Assembly: GCA_027604505.1 (NCBI GenBank)
Contig: JADIIX010000023.1
Span: 124,001 to 188,000 of the forward strand
From: Gonapodya sp. JEL0774
Lineage: Eukaryota
DNA: 64,000 nucleotides
Reading direction: 5' to 3'
Made by a program: the position numbers and the translations under genes. Of this stretch, positions 1-13,839 are shown piece after piece; within the stretch, counting starts at the first letter, position 1, and the number at the start of each line of letters is the position of its first letter. The notes under the pieces were generated by a model, which was not told the DNA's origin, searched no databases, and worked only from the letters and a program-made list of their open reading frames with translations.

Positions 1-820
1 AAGGAGATTAGACAGATGAGGTCAGTGAAATTAGAAATAGCCACGGCTCCACCCGAGCTCTCATTCGTTTTTGATTGGCAGTACATTTTCGCTGTTGCAT
101 TAAAACCTTTTCAACGTTAAAGAGGGAACATGATCTGGGGTGATTCCCTCGACGAGTTGGTTCGAGTATCCGAAATGGAATAGACTGTATGCCATTTGTT
201 TCGCCATTTGTTTCCGGTAAGTATCACCCAACTTCTTCCCAAAGAGCTCCTTGCTCTCATCGCATTTCCGGCCCACCCTCCACAAGTTATGGGAGCCGTC
301 ACCATGGATTTGGGAGGTTAAACACTCACTCGATCCACCCCGTCAGCCAGACCCAACTTATGACACCAAGCAAGATGGCGTTGTACCACAACGCAGCATA
401 GCTTGGCCTCCTTTTTGCAACCAGGTCGGCGTATTCTTTGAAGAGTGGGCTTTCCCAGTTTCCCGACGGTTCTGAGGTTGGTGATGCAGCGCGATTTGCG
501 ACCAGTGAGAGTTTTGAAGAAGGGAAAAGTATTGGCAGCGGAGTTGGTGCAGTTGTTTGTGGGGAAGAAGTTGCCGCAAGATTTGGTGTGGTTGGAGACT
601 GTCCTGCGAGCGGCATTACAAATTGTCGCTGAGACTGTAGCGAAGGTGATGATTGCGCTGCCTGCGATCCGAGAGGACTTGTCGAATGACCAGGAAGTCC
701 CCCGTTGTCCGTCCTATTTGAATTGGATTCGGTCTGGATTGGTGTTGAGTAAGAAGGCCGGCCAGAGACCCCAGAGACCGCGAATCCTGACGGCAACGGT
801 GAAAACAAGGAAGAGCTCAT
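1..820 (-). CDS. Putative nuclear pore membrane protein, Pom34/NPCC-like (5' part; gene probably runs off the left edge)
   Basis: ATG at 820. A S/P/T-rich N-terminus is followed by PSGNWESPLFKEY...ALWYNAILLGVISWVWLTGW, which resembles the GxWxHP...N + transmembrane pattern of fungal NPCC proteins. A GTGAGT donor at ~330 explains the apparent stop. Downstream exons are not resolved. Confidence 0.4.
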
Positions 821-983
821 TCCGTGAGTGGGATTTGGCGTCCCAGTTGATCAAATCTGCACGTCCTAATGTGTGTAAAAGGTGTGTGCAGAGACCACAG
901 CCAAGGTTGGTTGAGCACACAGTTCGTCGTGATTGCCGCTTGCCAACGGAGCCAGCAGCAAATAACGACCGGCACAGAGATCA

Positions 984-3900
984 ATGGTTACTGCCGCCTC
1001 CGCAGAGCCCAACTCCCCTGCCGTCGATCCTCCTCCGTTTTTGCTGCCAAAACACACGCGCCGCCCTCCAAAACGAAAATCTCTCCTCCCAGCCTCAATT
1101 GCGAAAATCCAATCATCAGATCTTGAGCAGCCCCTTCAAAAGGCACGAGAGGCTGTATTAAGATCAATCGTAAGGTATTTTGTGATTGCGTTGCCGATCG
1201 GGGTCTCAAGCAGGCTGGATTTTCGTGTGATAAAGGATTCGTTTATTTCTCGAGTATTACACACATGAGGTTCCAGAATTACGACTAGAAGGAACAATAA
1301 TCCACCATGGCTCACTTGAATCTTCTGCCCCTTTGGACCTGTGGATCGCTCGAATCAATCTTCAAACCATTGATTTTACCTTGTCCACCACCCCTCCCTT
1401 TCTCAATCGCCTGCTTACTCCCCAGCGAATATGAAGACTTCTTATCGATTTACATTCCCACATCAAGTATCGATGAAGATTTGCAGGAAATCGCGGAAAA
1501 GCTGGACCAGTGTGATCATGTGAGTGGGGACCAGCGACGACTGTCCTCCTATCACTCGAACGTCTTCGGAAATTCAATCGTTACCTCGCTAAATGACCTT
1601 TCCATCGCACGGATACTTTGGGCCATGCTAGAGTGATAAACGTACCATAGTGTTCGCGAACAGGCTCGACACGCTCCGGATGCTCTACAAGGTATGTTAT
1701 ATTGAATGAAATCGGGCCACTTGCACACCGCGAAAGAATGCAGAATCCAAAAAGTACATTACGAAGGAGACCTGAGGTGGGCCGCATGCAGAAAGACGAC
1801 AAAATCACCTGATCGAAGTACCTGTAGCAACGGAAGCTGCACATATGTAGTCAAGGCTTCGGCAGCTAATGGAGAGCAATCAGTCTGACGCTAGCCATTG
1901 ACGCCGCTGTTTGCGTTCGTGCCTGTTGCCTACCGCGACCACTTCCCCTCTGTCCAACCAGGCCCACACTCTTCTTCTCTCCTCCACCACCCTCCTCGAC
2001 GAAGCCGATATCCGAGGTGCCGCGGCTCTCGTAGACGAACTTGTGCGTTCCCCTCATAGTCCTTTTGTTCCAACCCGTTTGTACTCCTATGGCGGCCTTC
2101 TCACTTCCACTAGAACAATCTTGTTGAAGACGTTGGGGAGCGGGATATGGCAGAGGACGAGAAAGGAGCGTTTGATCTCCTCAAGGTGCGTTATCTAGGG
2201 GCGGGCTGTCCGAGAGTGCGGGTGACTCGCCCCTGACCGGTAGTTGATGGTGAGACTCCATACGTTTAAATGGCGTGCAACTTGGCTCCTAGCGGCTTGG
2301 ATTTTGTTTGAATCGTGGATCTACTTCGTTCTACGGGTCAACATTCTTATGCTGCCATTTCCTTACCTAGTCCTCTCGCCTCCCCATCGTCACCAAACTT
2401 CGCCATACTCTCCGCTCTCTTCTCCTATCCGCAATTCGCCTGCATCTCCCCACGCCTGCCAGTGCCCAACTCACAGTTCGACCGCGCGTCCTTTCCACGC
2501 ATGCGAAAACATATTACGAGGATACAGTGGATCTCATTGATGCGTGGGAGGCGGCTGAGATGGCGGGTGGGGTTGTGGAAGGGGTGGGGAGGGTTGTAGT
2601 TGAGACAGTGGATAGGGAGATGTTTTCCAGAGTAATGGAGGGTTGCAAGGTTGTAGATGGCGGGGGGAGAATGATTGTGTGGGTGAAAGTTGAGAAGGAG
2701 AAGGGGCAGATAGGGGGGGGTGTAGGTAGGTCGAGATAAATGCACTATTTATATTAACTGCTCAATCATACTGACCCTTTTTCAACAGCAACATCTCTTG
2801 TTCAATTGACAACACTCCTCCAATTTCTCAGCACCCATATTCCTGACACTTCGACGGCTCGAACGCTGGTTCTAGCACCCCTTTGGCGCGCTCTTTGGGC
2901 TCGGGCAGCTCGAGCTGTGGAAGAACACACACCTCCCGCCAGAAACGAAATGGTAGGATATATAGAGAGAGTGGGTGAACCGATCCGACTATTGGAAAAA
3001 GCTGCGAGGGACTGTGGTGAGTGGGATGAGTGCACCTGGCACCACCGCACGTCCAGGCTCAGTGAGGTGGCAACAAAATTCAGGTCTCCTCCAAACCGGC
3101 TCTGAGCCAGCACGAGAACTCCTTTTGTCCCTCCACACCGTTCGAGTACAAAAACGACGCCAAGAGATACTGGCACTGGCACGGGAGGTGCTTGCAGGGG
3201 ATCCTGATGCTGGGGTTCGGGTCACGGAAGGAACAGAGCGAGGTCAGATTTGGAAATGTGACAACGGCGGTTCTCACCGTTGACGTTATCTGTCGCCCTC
3301 AAAAGGTGGTCTTGCTTCGCTCGGTGACAAGCACAGTGCCGTAGGTGGAAGTAGCAAAGGTGGCAAGCACGGAAGTGGCAAAAGTGCCGGCACTGGTGGA
3401 CTAGAATCATCTCTCGCAGCTTTCCGCCTGCCTTCGATGCAAGTTACAGCTGCTGCCCAAGCTGTTGTTGAGATGGCGTATGCAACTTTGGATGAAGCTA
3501 AGAATTTGGCCGGTGGGGACAAGGGAGCAGATGAGTGAGTTTTGTTCCAGAGAGTTGAGGAGAAGTTTTGTGTAGTTTGCGGTTCAAAAGCCTCATGTTT
3601 CGCTGTATTTTGGCACGTATGCGGTTCTGCTGGACAGGTTAACCTCAATGTATCTGTTGACTCGCGACTTGTTTGATCTCCTGCGGGCGATGATCCCAGG
3701 TCGACACAAGGCGACAAGGGAGACGGCGCCAGTGAGGGCTTTATTGCAGTGGGTTTTCGTCAATTGGATGATTCTGGCGAAGAGAACAAACTCATGTGCC
3801 GCGTCACCGTTACCACTCCTTAGCGCAAACGACTGTATCTACGTTAACTACCACCTTACCACTATGCGGTGGCAGGGCCTGCAGGAAATCGACGGTGTGC

Positions 3901-4629
3901 TTGGCGAAGTAGGGACCTTTGCGGACATGGTGCCTTTGTTCAGGGCCGTGGGGGAACGAGTGTGGGGGGAGGAAATGGTAAGTCGAAAGAGAGATGAATG
4001 AAGTGGAGAGTTGAATCCTAACTACGAATGGACGTCAGGCACTCCAACGGGAGAAGCTGCTAGGATACCTCGAGCCACTACGGAACATTTTTGTGGATTC
4101 TGTTCCTGTTGGAATTAACGACTGGCTCGAGGCCGTTGAGGGATCGATTCGCGCGGCGGCACACCACCTCGACGCGATTACCAGGGTGTGGAAAGTGAGC
4201 ACTCGGAATATCTTCACCAGTTGTCTAGTAAATGATCGAAACTATCTGCGGACGTAGCACATTCTCACTTCTTTCAACTATCTCAAAGCCGTCGGGGCGC
4301 TTCTCGATTCCCTCGTCAATGAGCTGGAGCAGCTTGTCCTAACTACCTCACGGCTGGCTGCGATGACGCCGGCACAGAAGTATCAGTTGCGCCAGGCACT
4401 GGGAGTCGTCTCAAACAGGGCTGGAGGTTGGTTTGAGATATTGGAAGAAGGGGTTGGTGGGGTCGGAGCGGGTTCGACGATGAGGAAGGTGAGTTTGCTC
4501 GGTACTCTGTGAGAATTTTTGTTTCAAGCTACAATTTTCGGTCTGATGCATGCCGCACAGGTTGCAGTCGAGAAGCACAGTCCAAATTACTCAAGATTTC
4601 TAGGGTCTTTGAAGCGGGAGCTGGTTTAG
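984..4629 (+). CDS. ZW10: ZW10/Dsl1-family kinetochore (RZZ) / ER-tethering (NRZ) protein, multi-exon
   Basis: The spliced N-terminus reads SSDLEQPLQKAREAVLRSIVS|EYEDFLSIY. The C-terminal half has DLFDLLRAMIP, NDCIYVNYHLTT, TFADMVPLFRAVG, IRAAAHHLDAITRVWK and YLKAVGALLDSLVNEL, matching ZW10 C-terminal motifs in order. Stop TAG at 4627-4629. Confidence 0.8.
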
Positions 4630-5963
4630 GGAATAGTGCAATCACTCAGTAGATCGTAATGACCACCGTACATTGAAGAACAAATATATAATTGCTATTC
4701 ACATGACATTTTCAATGGTCTGTTACATGCAATGTCATCAAGTGACTGGAGTATTTTTTGGGTCGTTCGTGTACATCCTTTGCCAGTCCAAACCGCCATG
4801 AACCGGGACCATGACACACATGGGATGGAAGGCCAGCCGCCCACGATTCATCAGCCACCAATGAATGATAACTATTGATACCTATGATCGCTCGAGATAC
4901 ATTACAATTATCATTGGTACTAGCAATACCGACAGCCACTTGCTGACAGAAAGATTAATGAGACTGGAATTGCTTCCCGATGTCGTTTCTGGATACCAAA
5001 AAAATGTTTGATTTCATTTTCTTCAGATGAAGAATGAATGATTATGTCGGGGCCAAGCGTACTTTCGAGCTCGGGACCGCTGACAGAACTGACGAAGGTT
5101 GCACAAGGTCATCCCTAGTCTGGTTTGGCAGACGTCAATGTTGGCAGATCGGGGGGTACGGAGCGCACATGGCAAGCCTTCGTGCGTGCAGGCGCCTGCC
5201 CAACCAGCCTAGGTCATCCCGTTCGTTTATCCAAATTGACAAAGTAACCAAGATACGGAAGAATTCAGCCGAATCATGCTCATTCTAAAATTGTGAAATT
5301 CATAAACAGAAACTGAGTATCGGCGGAATACATCTTGTGCCTGTGCACTTTGACAGGTTATTTGTACAGCGTCGAAGCCGTACGAACGAGCACGCAGCCA
5401 AATAGACCGCTGAAGACACTCAAGGAAGTGCTTGGTCAGATTTACTGCTGTGTGGGACCGGCAACGGTGGTGGCTATCGCCGATTCGACCCCAGATTGCA
5501 CTTGAGGCGGCCAGTCCGAAGACGTGCACGGGAAACGAAGAAAGGAAAAGTACGATTTGGAAGAGATTGAAGATGTTTGATTGGCGCTCTTCCATCATAT
5601 TAACAGACTGGGTCTGCATTGACTGCTGTCAGACGGATATTCGTCTGAAGAAGTCTTCACGCTGTTGCAACTACCCGTCCCCTACATAGCCAGACAGAAA
5701 AAGGAAGCATTTACAGAGCACGGTGAGGTTATTGAATTTTGACATGCTCGGGAGCGAGCAAGGAGCTGAGGGGAACGGTTTGTCAAGATTTCCTCCCTTA
5801 TCCCAAGAGCGCTAGAGAGCGACGAGCGACCAGGGCAACTCTAAGACTTTGAGGTGAGAACGTCATAAATTTAGCCGTAGTGGCGTGAACAATTGTCTTG
5901 ACAGGTCGTACGGTGGTAGACTGCGTGACCAGAAACCCTCCCAAATCGAAGGAGGATCCACAC

Positions 5964-8900
5964 ATGTCTGCACATGCCCACGCGCAACAGCCGCGACACA
6001 GACTCAACCACTCAGCGCATCATGCTCCTCACCACTCTACCCACCATGCACCGCATCGCTCGTATCCGTCGCCTACTTACCATCACGTAAACAGCCAGCC
6101 TCCCAACCCGGTGTTCCACCCTTCTTACCCACCCTCGTACGGCCCCGCATTCGCTCATAATCGGCCTTTCTCTCAGCAGTACCAACGTCCTCCTTCATTC
6201 CGATCCCAACCTTCGCTTCAACCAAATCACTCGGCACCGCCTCGTATCACTGTACCGCGCCCTCCTGCGCCTATTCCTATACCTCCTAAACCCCGAATTC
6301 CCGTACCAATTCTTCTCTCCGCTTCCAAGCAGTCATCGTCACCTGCTCCACGACCGCCAAAGCTTCCGTCGCCACCACGCCAGCTCCAAGGGCCCGCACC
6401 AGGGTCTGGACCAACAGACTTTGGTGTGGCTTCATACCTCGCTAGATTGGACTCAGGAGGTCCAGGTGTGTGATATCGTACATGGCTAACGAGTATCGTT
6501 GCCGGAGGGTCAAGCTTACAAACTATTTCCACTTATTATCGGGCAGACGGGTCACCATCTCCATCCGAAACCCCGAACCTAGTACCTTACGACGAGTCCG
6601 GTGATTCTGCAGATTCGGATGGTGAGATCGACGTGGATACGGAGGAGCATCCTCAGAATCTCGCGGGTGAGATCCACATCGGGGCTGCGAATGGTGCCAA
6701 CGACCTCCGTGAGAATAAGCGTGACCAAGGTCACACAAAGCCTATCTCCAACACAGAAGTTGGGGAAGTCAACGATAGCTGTGGCATCTTTGAAAATGTT
6801 GGGTTAACAAGGATGGGAGTTCCGCCTAAAGATCTTTTGGATCCGACCTCTGCGAACAAGGGGGAGGTGGGGATGGGAGAAAGGGAACAAGATGACAGCA
6901 AAAGAGAACCGGACTTGTGCGTAGACGTAGAGGGCTTAGACGCTTTGCCTGGTCGGGCTTCGACTTGCGATGGCGGGGATCCAAACCACGATACTGCATC
7001 CGAAAATTGCAACCCTGTTTTGGATAACCTTCAAACGAAGTCAGATCTCACCGTACGAACAGATCAACATTACCGGATGGCTGATAAAAGAGAAATTGGG
7101 AGTAACGTCGGCGAAGGGGTCACGACTGGGTTGGGAAGGTGGGAGGCCCCAGCCAACATTGCTGGAGCAAATGGTGCGTGTGAGCACTCCTGTGGTGATG
7201 TGCCTGTTACAACTCTTCTCATCATCTGTCATTCTCTGCGTCGAATACATGAACCTGCTATCAGGTCAAAATCAGTCACGCAGGCAGTCTCTGCTGCCCA
7301 CCATTGCACCTGGCATTCCAGCACCTGTACCCACACCAACATCACCCTCTAAATCCACCGCTCTCGCGTTCACTCATCTATCACAAGCAATAACATCTGC
7401 AGCTTCGCCGTTTCAATCGCATGCATCAACGGGCTCACTCCCTTCTCCATCGCTCCACCACCCTGCACCCATCTCGGCATCATCAGCATCATCCTCATAT
7501 ATACACAGCACCTTTCCGAACCCGGGATTTCTTGCTCCCTCGACCGCCACATCCCAACAATCTCTTTCCCTCCCTGGGCCACAACCGCTATTGCAGCAAT
7601 TACCCTCGCCAACTCAACATACTCATCGGCAATCCATCGAAACTCCTCTTTCCAATAGTTTGCGTAGTCCACGCACTCCCATCCATCTTCCGCGAGATCC
7701 CCCCACCGGGCCCCTCCTGCAACCTATTCTTTCGCGTGAACTGGACCTTGAGATTTTCGCCAAAATGCGCGAGCGGGCCGATATTCGTCGTGAAATGGAT
7801 CGTGCAGAAGAAGCCCTCTGGCGTCTTGGGACCGTCGGTGGGGTTAATGGCGCTGTCGCAGGAGGAGTTGGTTCGACTGGCATTGGAGCTGGTAGTCCAT
7901 CACTCTCTGCGGGACAAGCGAACGGATGGACTGAAGAGTATCAGATATTGGGATCTCGGGTGAAGGGTAAGTGGAGGAGGGTTTAACTTCTTTGTTTCGT
8001 TGAAAATGCCGAATCTTGTTAACTCCGTCAGATTCGCAAGTGCCCAATCCCCCGCGCCGACCGCCTCCTGTTGCTCGTGAGCCCACTCCCGCGACGAAGA
8101 CCAACGGTACTGGTACAGTTCCTCAACTGATTCTCCGCCGTGACGATCGGTACTTTGCCGTTAATTGTTTGGCCGAAGGATGCGGAAGGGGGGACTTCAC
8201 GACCATACAAGGATTCGTAAACCACGTGAGGATGGCACACAATCTCAACTTTGGAACGCATGAGGAGACTGTGCTCATGTGTGGTACAGAGATTGTAAGT
8301 TTAATGACATTCGGTGATGCGCATCTCAATCCTTAACACTCTGCAAACTCCGGCACAGAGCGAGGCCGAAGTCCCACCGGGCCACCCAGCGCGCCGAAGG
8401 AATACGAAAACTATGTTTTCAATAACGGGAGTTTTGGATAGGGGAAGGAAGGGGAGGTAAGTTCCGCTAAGTTTTAGTATATAGGCGACTCTCAAGCAAC
8501 TGCATGCCTTTCCTTCCGTTAAAGCTCCACCCCTCGCTCCAAAGCACGTATAAAAGAGCACAGTCCGTCAGCCCCTGTCGACATCGACGCTTCCACTGAT
8601 TTCCAAGTTGAGGATCCCGCTCTAAGACGACTTTCTGGGGCGGCGTTGGCGTCGAAAGCCCGCAAGTTAGCCATTGATAAGCAAGCGAAAGAAAGTGCTC
8701 CGGGGCAGATGGAAGGAATGGTGGATATGGCATTGCAGTATCAGACCCAACATCAGCATGCAGATCCTCAGCACCCATCCAAGCGACAGAAGACAAGTTC
8801 CTCTACTGCCACATCTCCTCCTACACAGTCCACTTTTGCACCAAAGGAGGACTTGGTGCGACCGCGGGCAGGTGCGGCCAGCCAGCCAGCAATACCTAGG

Positions 8901-10171
8901 ACAGCGGCTATCGCCGCAGGGCAAATCGATACAGGCCAACTGGTGCCACCGCCGATGGAGGGATCTAGGTTCTACGTCAAAAAGAAGCTGGTCGTGGGGA
9001 ATGTGTCCAAATACTTGAGCAAGAGTAAGTTCGTTCACTTGCATCCGATTACACTGTTTGGGCACAAACTTGGTGTTTCATTTGGATTTTAACAGAGCAA
9101 CGAGATCCCAAATGGCCCGAGTGTACCCACAAGTGGATGATGTTCGTTTGTGGCCTCCCACCCGACGATCATCCCGAGACGTTTGTTCGCTCTGTGCGCT
9201 TTTCTGTGCATGAGAGTTATGCCCCGAATAACGTCATAGAAATCCACGAACCGCCGTTTTACTTAACCAGATTTGGTTGGGGAGAGTTTCCCGTTAAAGT
9301 AGAAGTCATATTCGTGGACGAGAAGAGGAATCGGATGTTGGAGTTCCTCCATGAGTTGAAGGTGAGAAGAATTGCAATCCGGATCTCTCCTTTTGAGTTT
9401 GTTCGTGCTTATGGCCTTGTATTCCGATTGGATTTTACACCTGCGCTCTAACAGCTCGACCAACGTCACAGCGGTGCACAAGTGCTCGGAGGAGAAACGG
9501 TGTACGAGATCGAACTTGATCGAAACACAAATTTTGCACCCAGTCGCAATCATCACTCCGAGCCTAGTCCAGGACTTCTCGACCCGATGCGGGGGTTTAA
9601 GTATGACCGAAAGACCCTTACTTCAGCTAATGCTGCAGATCGTGTATCGCCAAAGATCAAACGGAGTGGCAACGAATCGACCGAGAGTGTGGCGAATTTC
9701 TCGTTGAGAGATACTGTTCGTGAGGATCGGGGTGCAGACACGCCGGAGTCATCATCCACCAACCGCAACGGGAGCCGAGTCCTGGATGAGGAGGCTGAAG
9801 AAGATGGGGATGAAGATTCGGGCAGCGCTGTCTATGCAGTCTCCGATAGGGAACCGAGCGTCCCACCGCTTCCGGATGGAGTGGTTTACGAGGCATTAAG
9901 AGTTTCGCATCCACTCACAGGACAGAATGGGCTGGACGGAGGTGCGACTAGGAACGGGGATGGAAGCGACATTTTTCATAGTAACAACCAATTCGAAAAC
10001 CAAGTCGATAGGGACGCGGATAGTCAAGTCTCTAATGGAAAACAAGGGAATGATGGAACTGTGCTTGAGGATAACCAAGACTCTATGCAGGAGGATGAGA
10101 ACGCTGAAGAATATGCAGATGTGGAGGCAGGCGAAGACGACTTTGATATGCCGGCACACTTTAATGCGTGA
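5964..10171 (+). CDS. YEATS2: YEATS2-like acyl-lysine reader with an Ahc1-like coiled coil and C2H2 zinc finger, multi-exon
   Basis: YEATS domain: SRFYVKKKLVVGNVSKY...THKWMMFV...VRFSVHESYAPNNVIEIHEPPFYLTRFGWGEFPVKV...LHELKLD...LGGETVYEIELDR. Upstream are ELDLEIFAKMRER...AEEALWRL and CLAEGCGRGDFTTIQGFVNHVRMAH...HEETVLMCG. The 5' exons join in frame through GT-AG introns; the start codon is less certain. Confidence 0.85.
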
Positions 10172-10223
10172 AACACAACCGGTGAATGTTTTTATCACAA
10201 TATATGTTGTTAAGGACTCTGCG

Positions 10224-13200
10224 TTAGTTGTCCGATCTCGCGTCTCCCCGCCGTTTATAAATGTTGTAGAGTTGCTCAGTATCCATCGCATTAATTATTA
10301 TGCCAACTGTCTGTTCAGATTGTCCTCCATCCCCGTCGTTCAGTGAATCGATCGAGCTTGTGTGCAAAATACCACCTCGTACAGCCTGAAGCGCACCTGA
10401 TGCCCTTGGCTCGTTCTTGGTAAGCTCTTGAGCAGCCTCGTTCCCCTTCACGCCTCTTGCGACCACATCTTTGACACTAAGGGACTGAGAACCCATGCCA
10501 GCTGTGTCCACATCCATGTCGTGAGGAGCTTCTCCGATCACGCTGTCCACTACTGCCTTGGCAGCGTCAACGTCCATTTTGTCGACAGAAAAACCACTCT
10601 CCGCGATTTGACCAGAGTCCTCAGCCTCGTCCGCGGCAGCTTGCGGCTGGATCATTTGCCCTGTGGCAGCTCCTGACCCATCCGCAGGGTTTCTTTCTCC
10701 TTCCAAACTCTCCTCGGTATCGAGGTCCTTGACTTTACGAAGCTGCTTTCGCAGGCTCTCCTCCGATCCAGAAAGCTCCGCCCTCTCTGGTTCTTCTCGC
10801 TTTGTCTCAGTACTTTCGGGCTTCGATGTACGTGATTTCGCCTTCTTTTCACGTTCCTGCACGGCTTTATTGTGAGCTACGATTGTCGAGAAAACCTCAG
10901 GGTAACGCTTCGAAATGAGTCGGTAAACTTTCCAAAGCCATTTCTGGGTTCAGACGATTTCAGCGTTATGTCTCTGCATGCAATTATCAACAATGAGCAG
11001 TCACCAAAAACCTACAAGATCCTTCTGTGCCCTATGTCTCTCCCCATCTTTTCCCTCAAAGTAGTACTCCAAAGATGGCACGAGAGGGCTAGCGACATGA
11101 ACGTCTTCGAACTCATAACATGTCTTATGTGTTAAACCAAGCGCTCACCGCGAGTCTCCGTCCAAGGCAAGTTGACTCATAGGGTCCTCTGATACCTTCA
11201 GCGATCGCATAAGTAGATCCCGATCCTCAGTAAATTTCAAGAATGAGCCGTGCAACTTCAACGAGCGGATAAGTGCTTTTTCGTGATGAGAGTAAAGAAT
11301 GGATGACTCACGGTGCGAGGCCTCTTCTTCTTGGGTTCCAAATCCATCTGGGACAAGGACGGTCGATCATACACTGGACATGTGTCCATTTTCCATTTTA
11401 GCTTGGTGGAAAGCAACGAGTGATAAAGACGATAGCACACCAAACATCTTCGTTCGACCTTTGACTTACCCAATTCTTCTCATGCCCCAACACGGTTACA
11501 ACCGTCCGACGAAAGTTCTTGACTCCCGCGCCCGTTGCGTCCAGTGCTTCAAACACCTTTTTTCGGGTTTCCTCAAGCCATTGTTCTTGTTCTTTGGAGA
11601 GGATGGGTGCCTCCCCAGAAGGTGGTTTCTTTCCGGCAGCAGTACGATACGCGTCAAGTCTCAATCGCTCGGCAGGTGCAGTGAGGAGAAGGTTTTGGAA
11701 AATGATAAGCAGTTGCACCAGAATGTGTCGGCGAAACAATGGATCATGAAGCTGTGGTTGGTGGAACATTCAAAAGGACGGGTCGGTGTGGAAATCCATG
11801 AATTTATAGTTGGGCGGAGTGTTACTACAAGTGAACACTTGAATCCACGGACAAAGGCACCAAAACTGAATCTCCACTCTGCTGGCACCACCGGATTCGA
11901 CTCTAATCTGGAGGTCGATCTCGCATCTACCAGAAACACACCTGGAGGTCGAATAGGTTGTACCCCGTGAGAAACTTTGGGAAAAAATCTTGGCCCGTCG
12001 GCACAACGGTCACGATGCTTGTGTTCGCGATCTCATCTTTGACTTCGGTGCGTATACGCTCATCTCGGGGCCTTTTGCGAGGATTGGCACTGCGGTCCCC
12101 AACCCTCTCACGGTCGCGCTCTCGTCCACCGCCACCACGAGCATCACGATTGCTTTCTCGAGTTCCATTCGGTCCTCCATCTTCGCGTCGCCGGTCTCGC
12201 TCCGAGATTCTGTCGTCACGACCTTGGTTGGATTTGTCGCCTGCTTTGAATTCTTTTTCGTCGCGTTCCCTGTCTTTCTGATCCCTGTCGCGGTCTCGTA
12301 ATCCACTTCCACTGCTCGAGCTACCACCCATTTCTTCCTGTGCGGCCTTTTCAAAAGCCTTCAGGGTCTCCTCCACGCTTTTTTGTAATTTCTGCCAATT
12401 GTGCGCATCGAGAATACTTGGTGGGTTCCGAAAGAGATCCTGCAGTCCCCAAAATCGCAAGTAGAGTCGCATTTTCATCCGTTCAAGATCATCCTGCTGC
12501 ACTGGAGGTGATAGTTGCGACTCCTCCTTGCCCACGGAGGATGACGATGCCGAAGGCCGCACACTATCGGAGAGTGGACGCGCCAAAGGGGTGGAAAGTC
12601 GAGGCGAGTCGACGTCCATTGCTGCCCGACTGCCTCCTCGTGTGGAGTCGGCCTCGAGCTCCCCATCAGAGGAAGCGGAGTCTGCCAGGAGTTCCGGAGT
12701 AGTCCCAGAATAACCTTCAGCGCGAATGCCGTAGAAGGTGTTGTTGTCCAAATTGAAGTTACCAGGCAGGTTGACAGCTATTCATGGTGGAGGCAGGGGG
12801 TGGTAGGTCACCAACAGAAGGTAATATGCACAAGGGATTTGGGTTAGGTATTTCTCGGCTCCACACGCTAGCAGCAGAACAACGAACACTCCATTCCATG
12901 ATATGTTCGCAGTTCACTCACCCGATCTCTCACTCAAAGGGAACCCTGCCGTCATAAGCATGATAATTCTTCCCGCGAAACCAGTATTCCGAGTTCTACT
13001 TAGCCGGCGAAGAAGCTCGTTGCAAAATCGTAGAAAAATCACCCCCTTGCCTTTGTTGGACAACATATTCTGGGGAAGGCGGAAGGTATGTGGAATACTC
13101 ATTCCAACTGTCCCCCAACTCTATCACTTACCGCTAGCAATCTCTCTGCGCGCTCCTCGAGTAAATCAAAAAGCATTTCGCACCCTTCTAGAGGTAGCAT

Positions 13201-13839
13201 CTCCATGAGGTCCTCAATTGTTTGCATAGGTGTTGTATCATTTGAGTGTTTCAAATCCGCGGAGCACTGAGCGAGATCCAGAAGATCCTCGAGCTGTTTG
13301 AAGAGTTCTTCCCGTACCGCGACATGACCGCGACTAAACTGATGTGGGCTAGGCCCTGATGTCGAAAGCTCTGAAACGTTTGTCTGCTTCCGCCGGGTTC
13401 CCCCACGGGTTCTGGAACTCTGCAGGATTCCAGCTTGTCCACCTGTCCCGTCAGTAATGACCACGGTCTTATCAAAGAGAGACCAGGCTTCTGCCTCAAA
13501 TAAAATTTCTGCAGCCTTCGTTCTGAATGTTGCCATGTCCAGTTTACCCCACAAGTCCAGAAGTGCGTTTGGATCTGTTGGTGATGGTGCTTGAGTGGAC
13601 AGGAACTCAGAGTGCACAGAAGCAATATGAGAGAGCACCGCGGCTTTCACGGCCGCATCCTTGGGTGCAAGCCGCGCAACTGCCGATGCCGTGCTGTTTG
13701 CAATCGATTGTGGGTTAGTACTAGGCTGTGGTGACAGTCGCCATCGAGAGTGAAGATCCGAGAGAGCGGCAGTCAACGCGGAGGAAGCACGCGAGCGCTG
13801 GTCATCCCACACGAAACTGTGCACGCTTTGGACAGACAT
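10224..13839 (-). CDS. THOC1: THO complex subunit 1 (Hpr1/THOC1), multi-exon
   Basis: Motifs GKGVIFLRFCNELLRRLSR, FAGRIIMLMTAGFPLSERS-AVNLPGNFN, LYLRFWGLQDLFRNP, FFPKFLTGYNLFDLQ, DPLFRRHILVQLLIIFQNL and VLGHEKNW...WK. ATG at 13839. Confidence 0.92.

Noticed and set aside
445..1161. 238-aa plus-strand ORF and other long antisense ORFs (e.g. 29640-30380, 11299-11970)
   Set aside because: These are shadow frames overlapping better-supported genes.
4700..5900. Short ORFs between ZW10 and YEATS2
   Set aside because: No recognisable protein or consistent exon chain.
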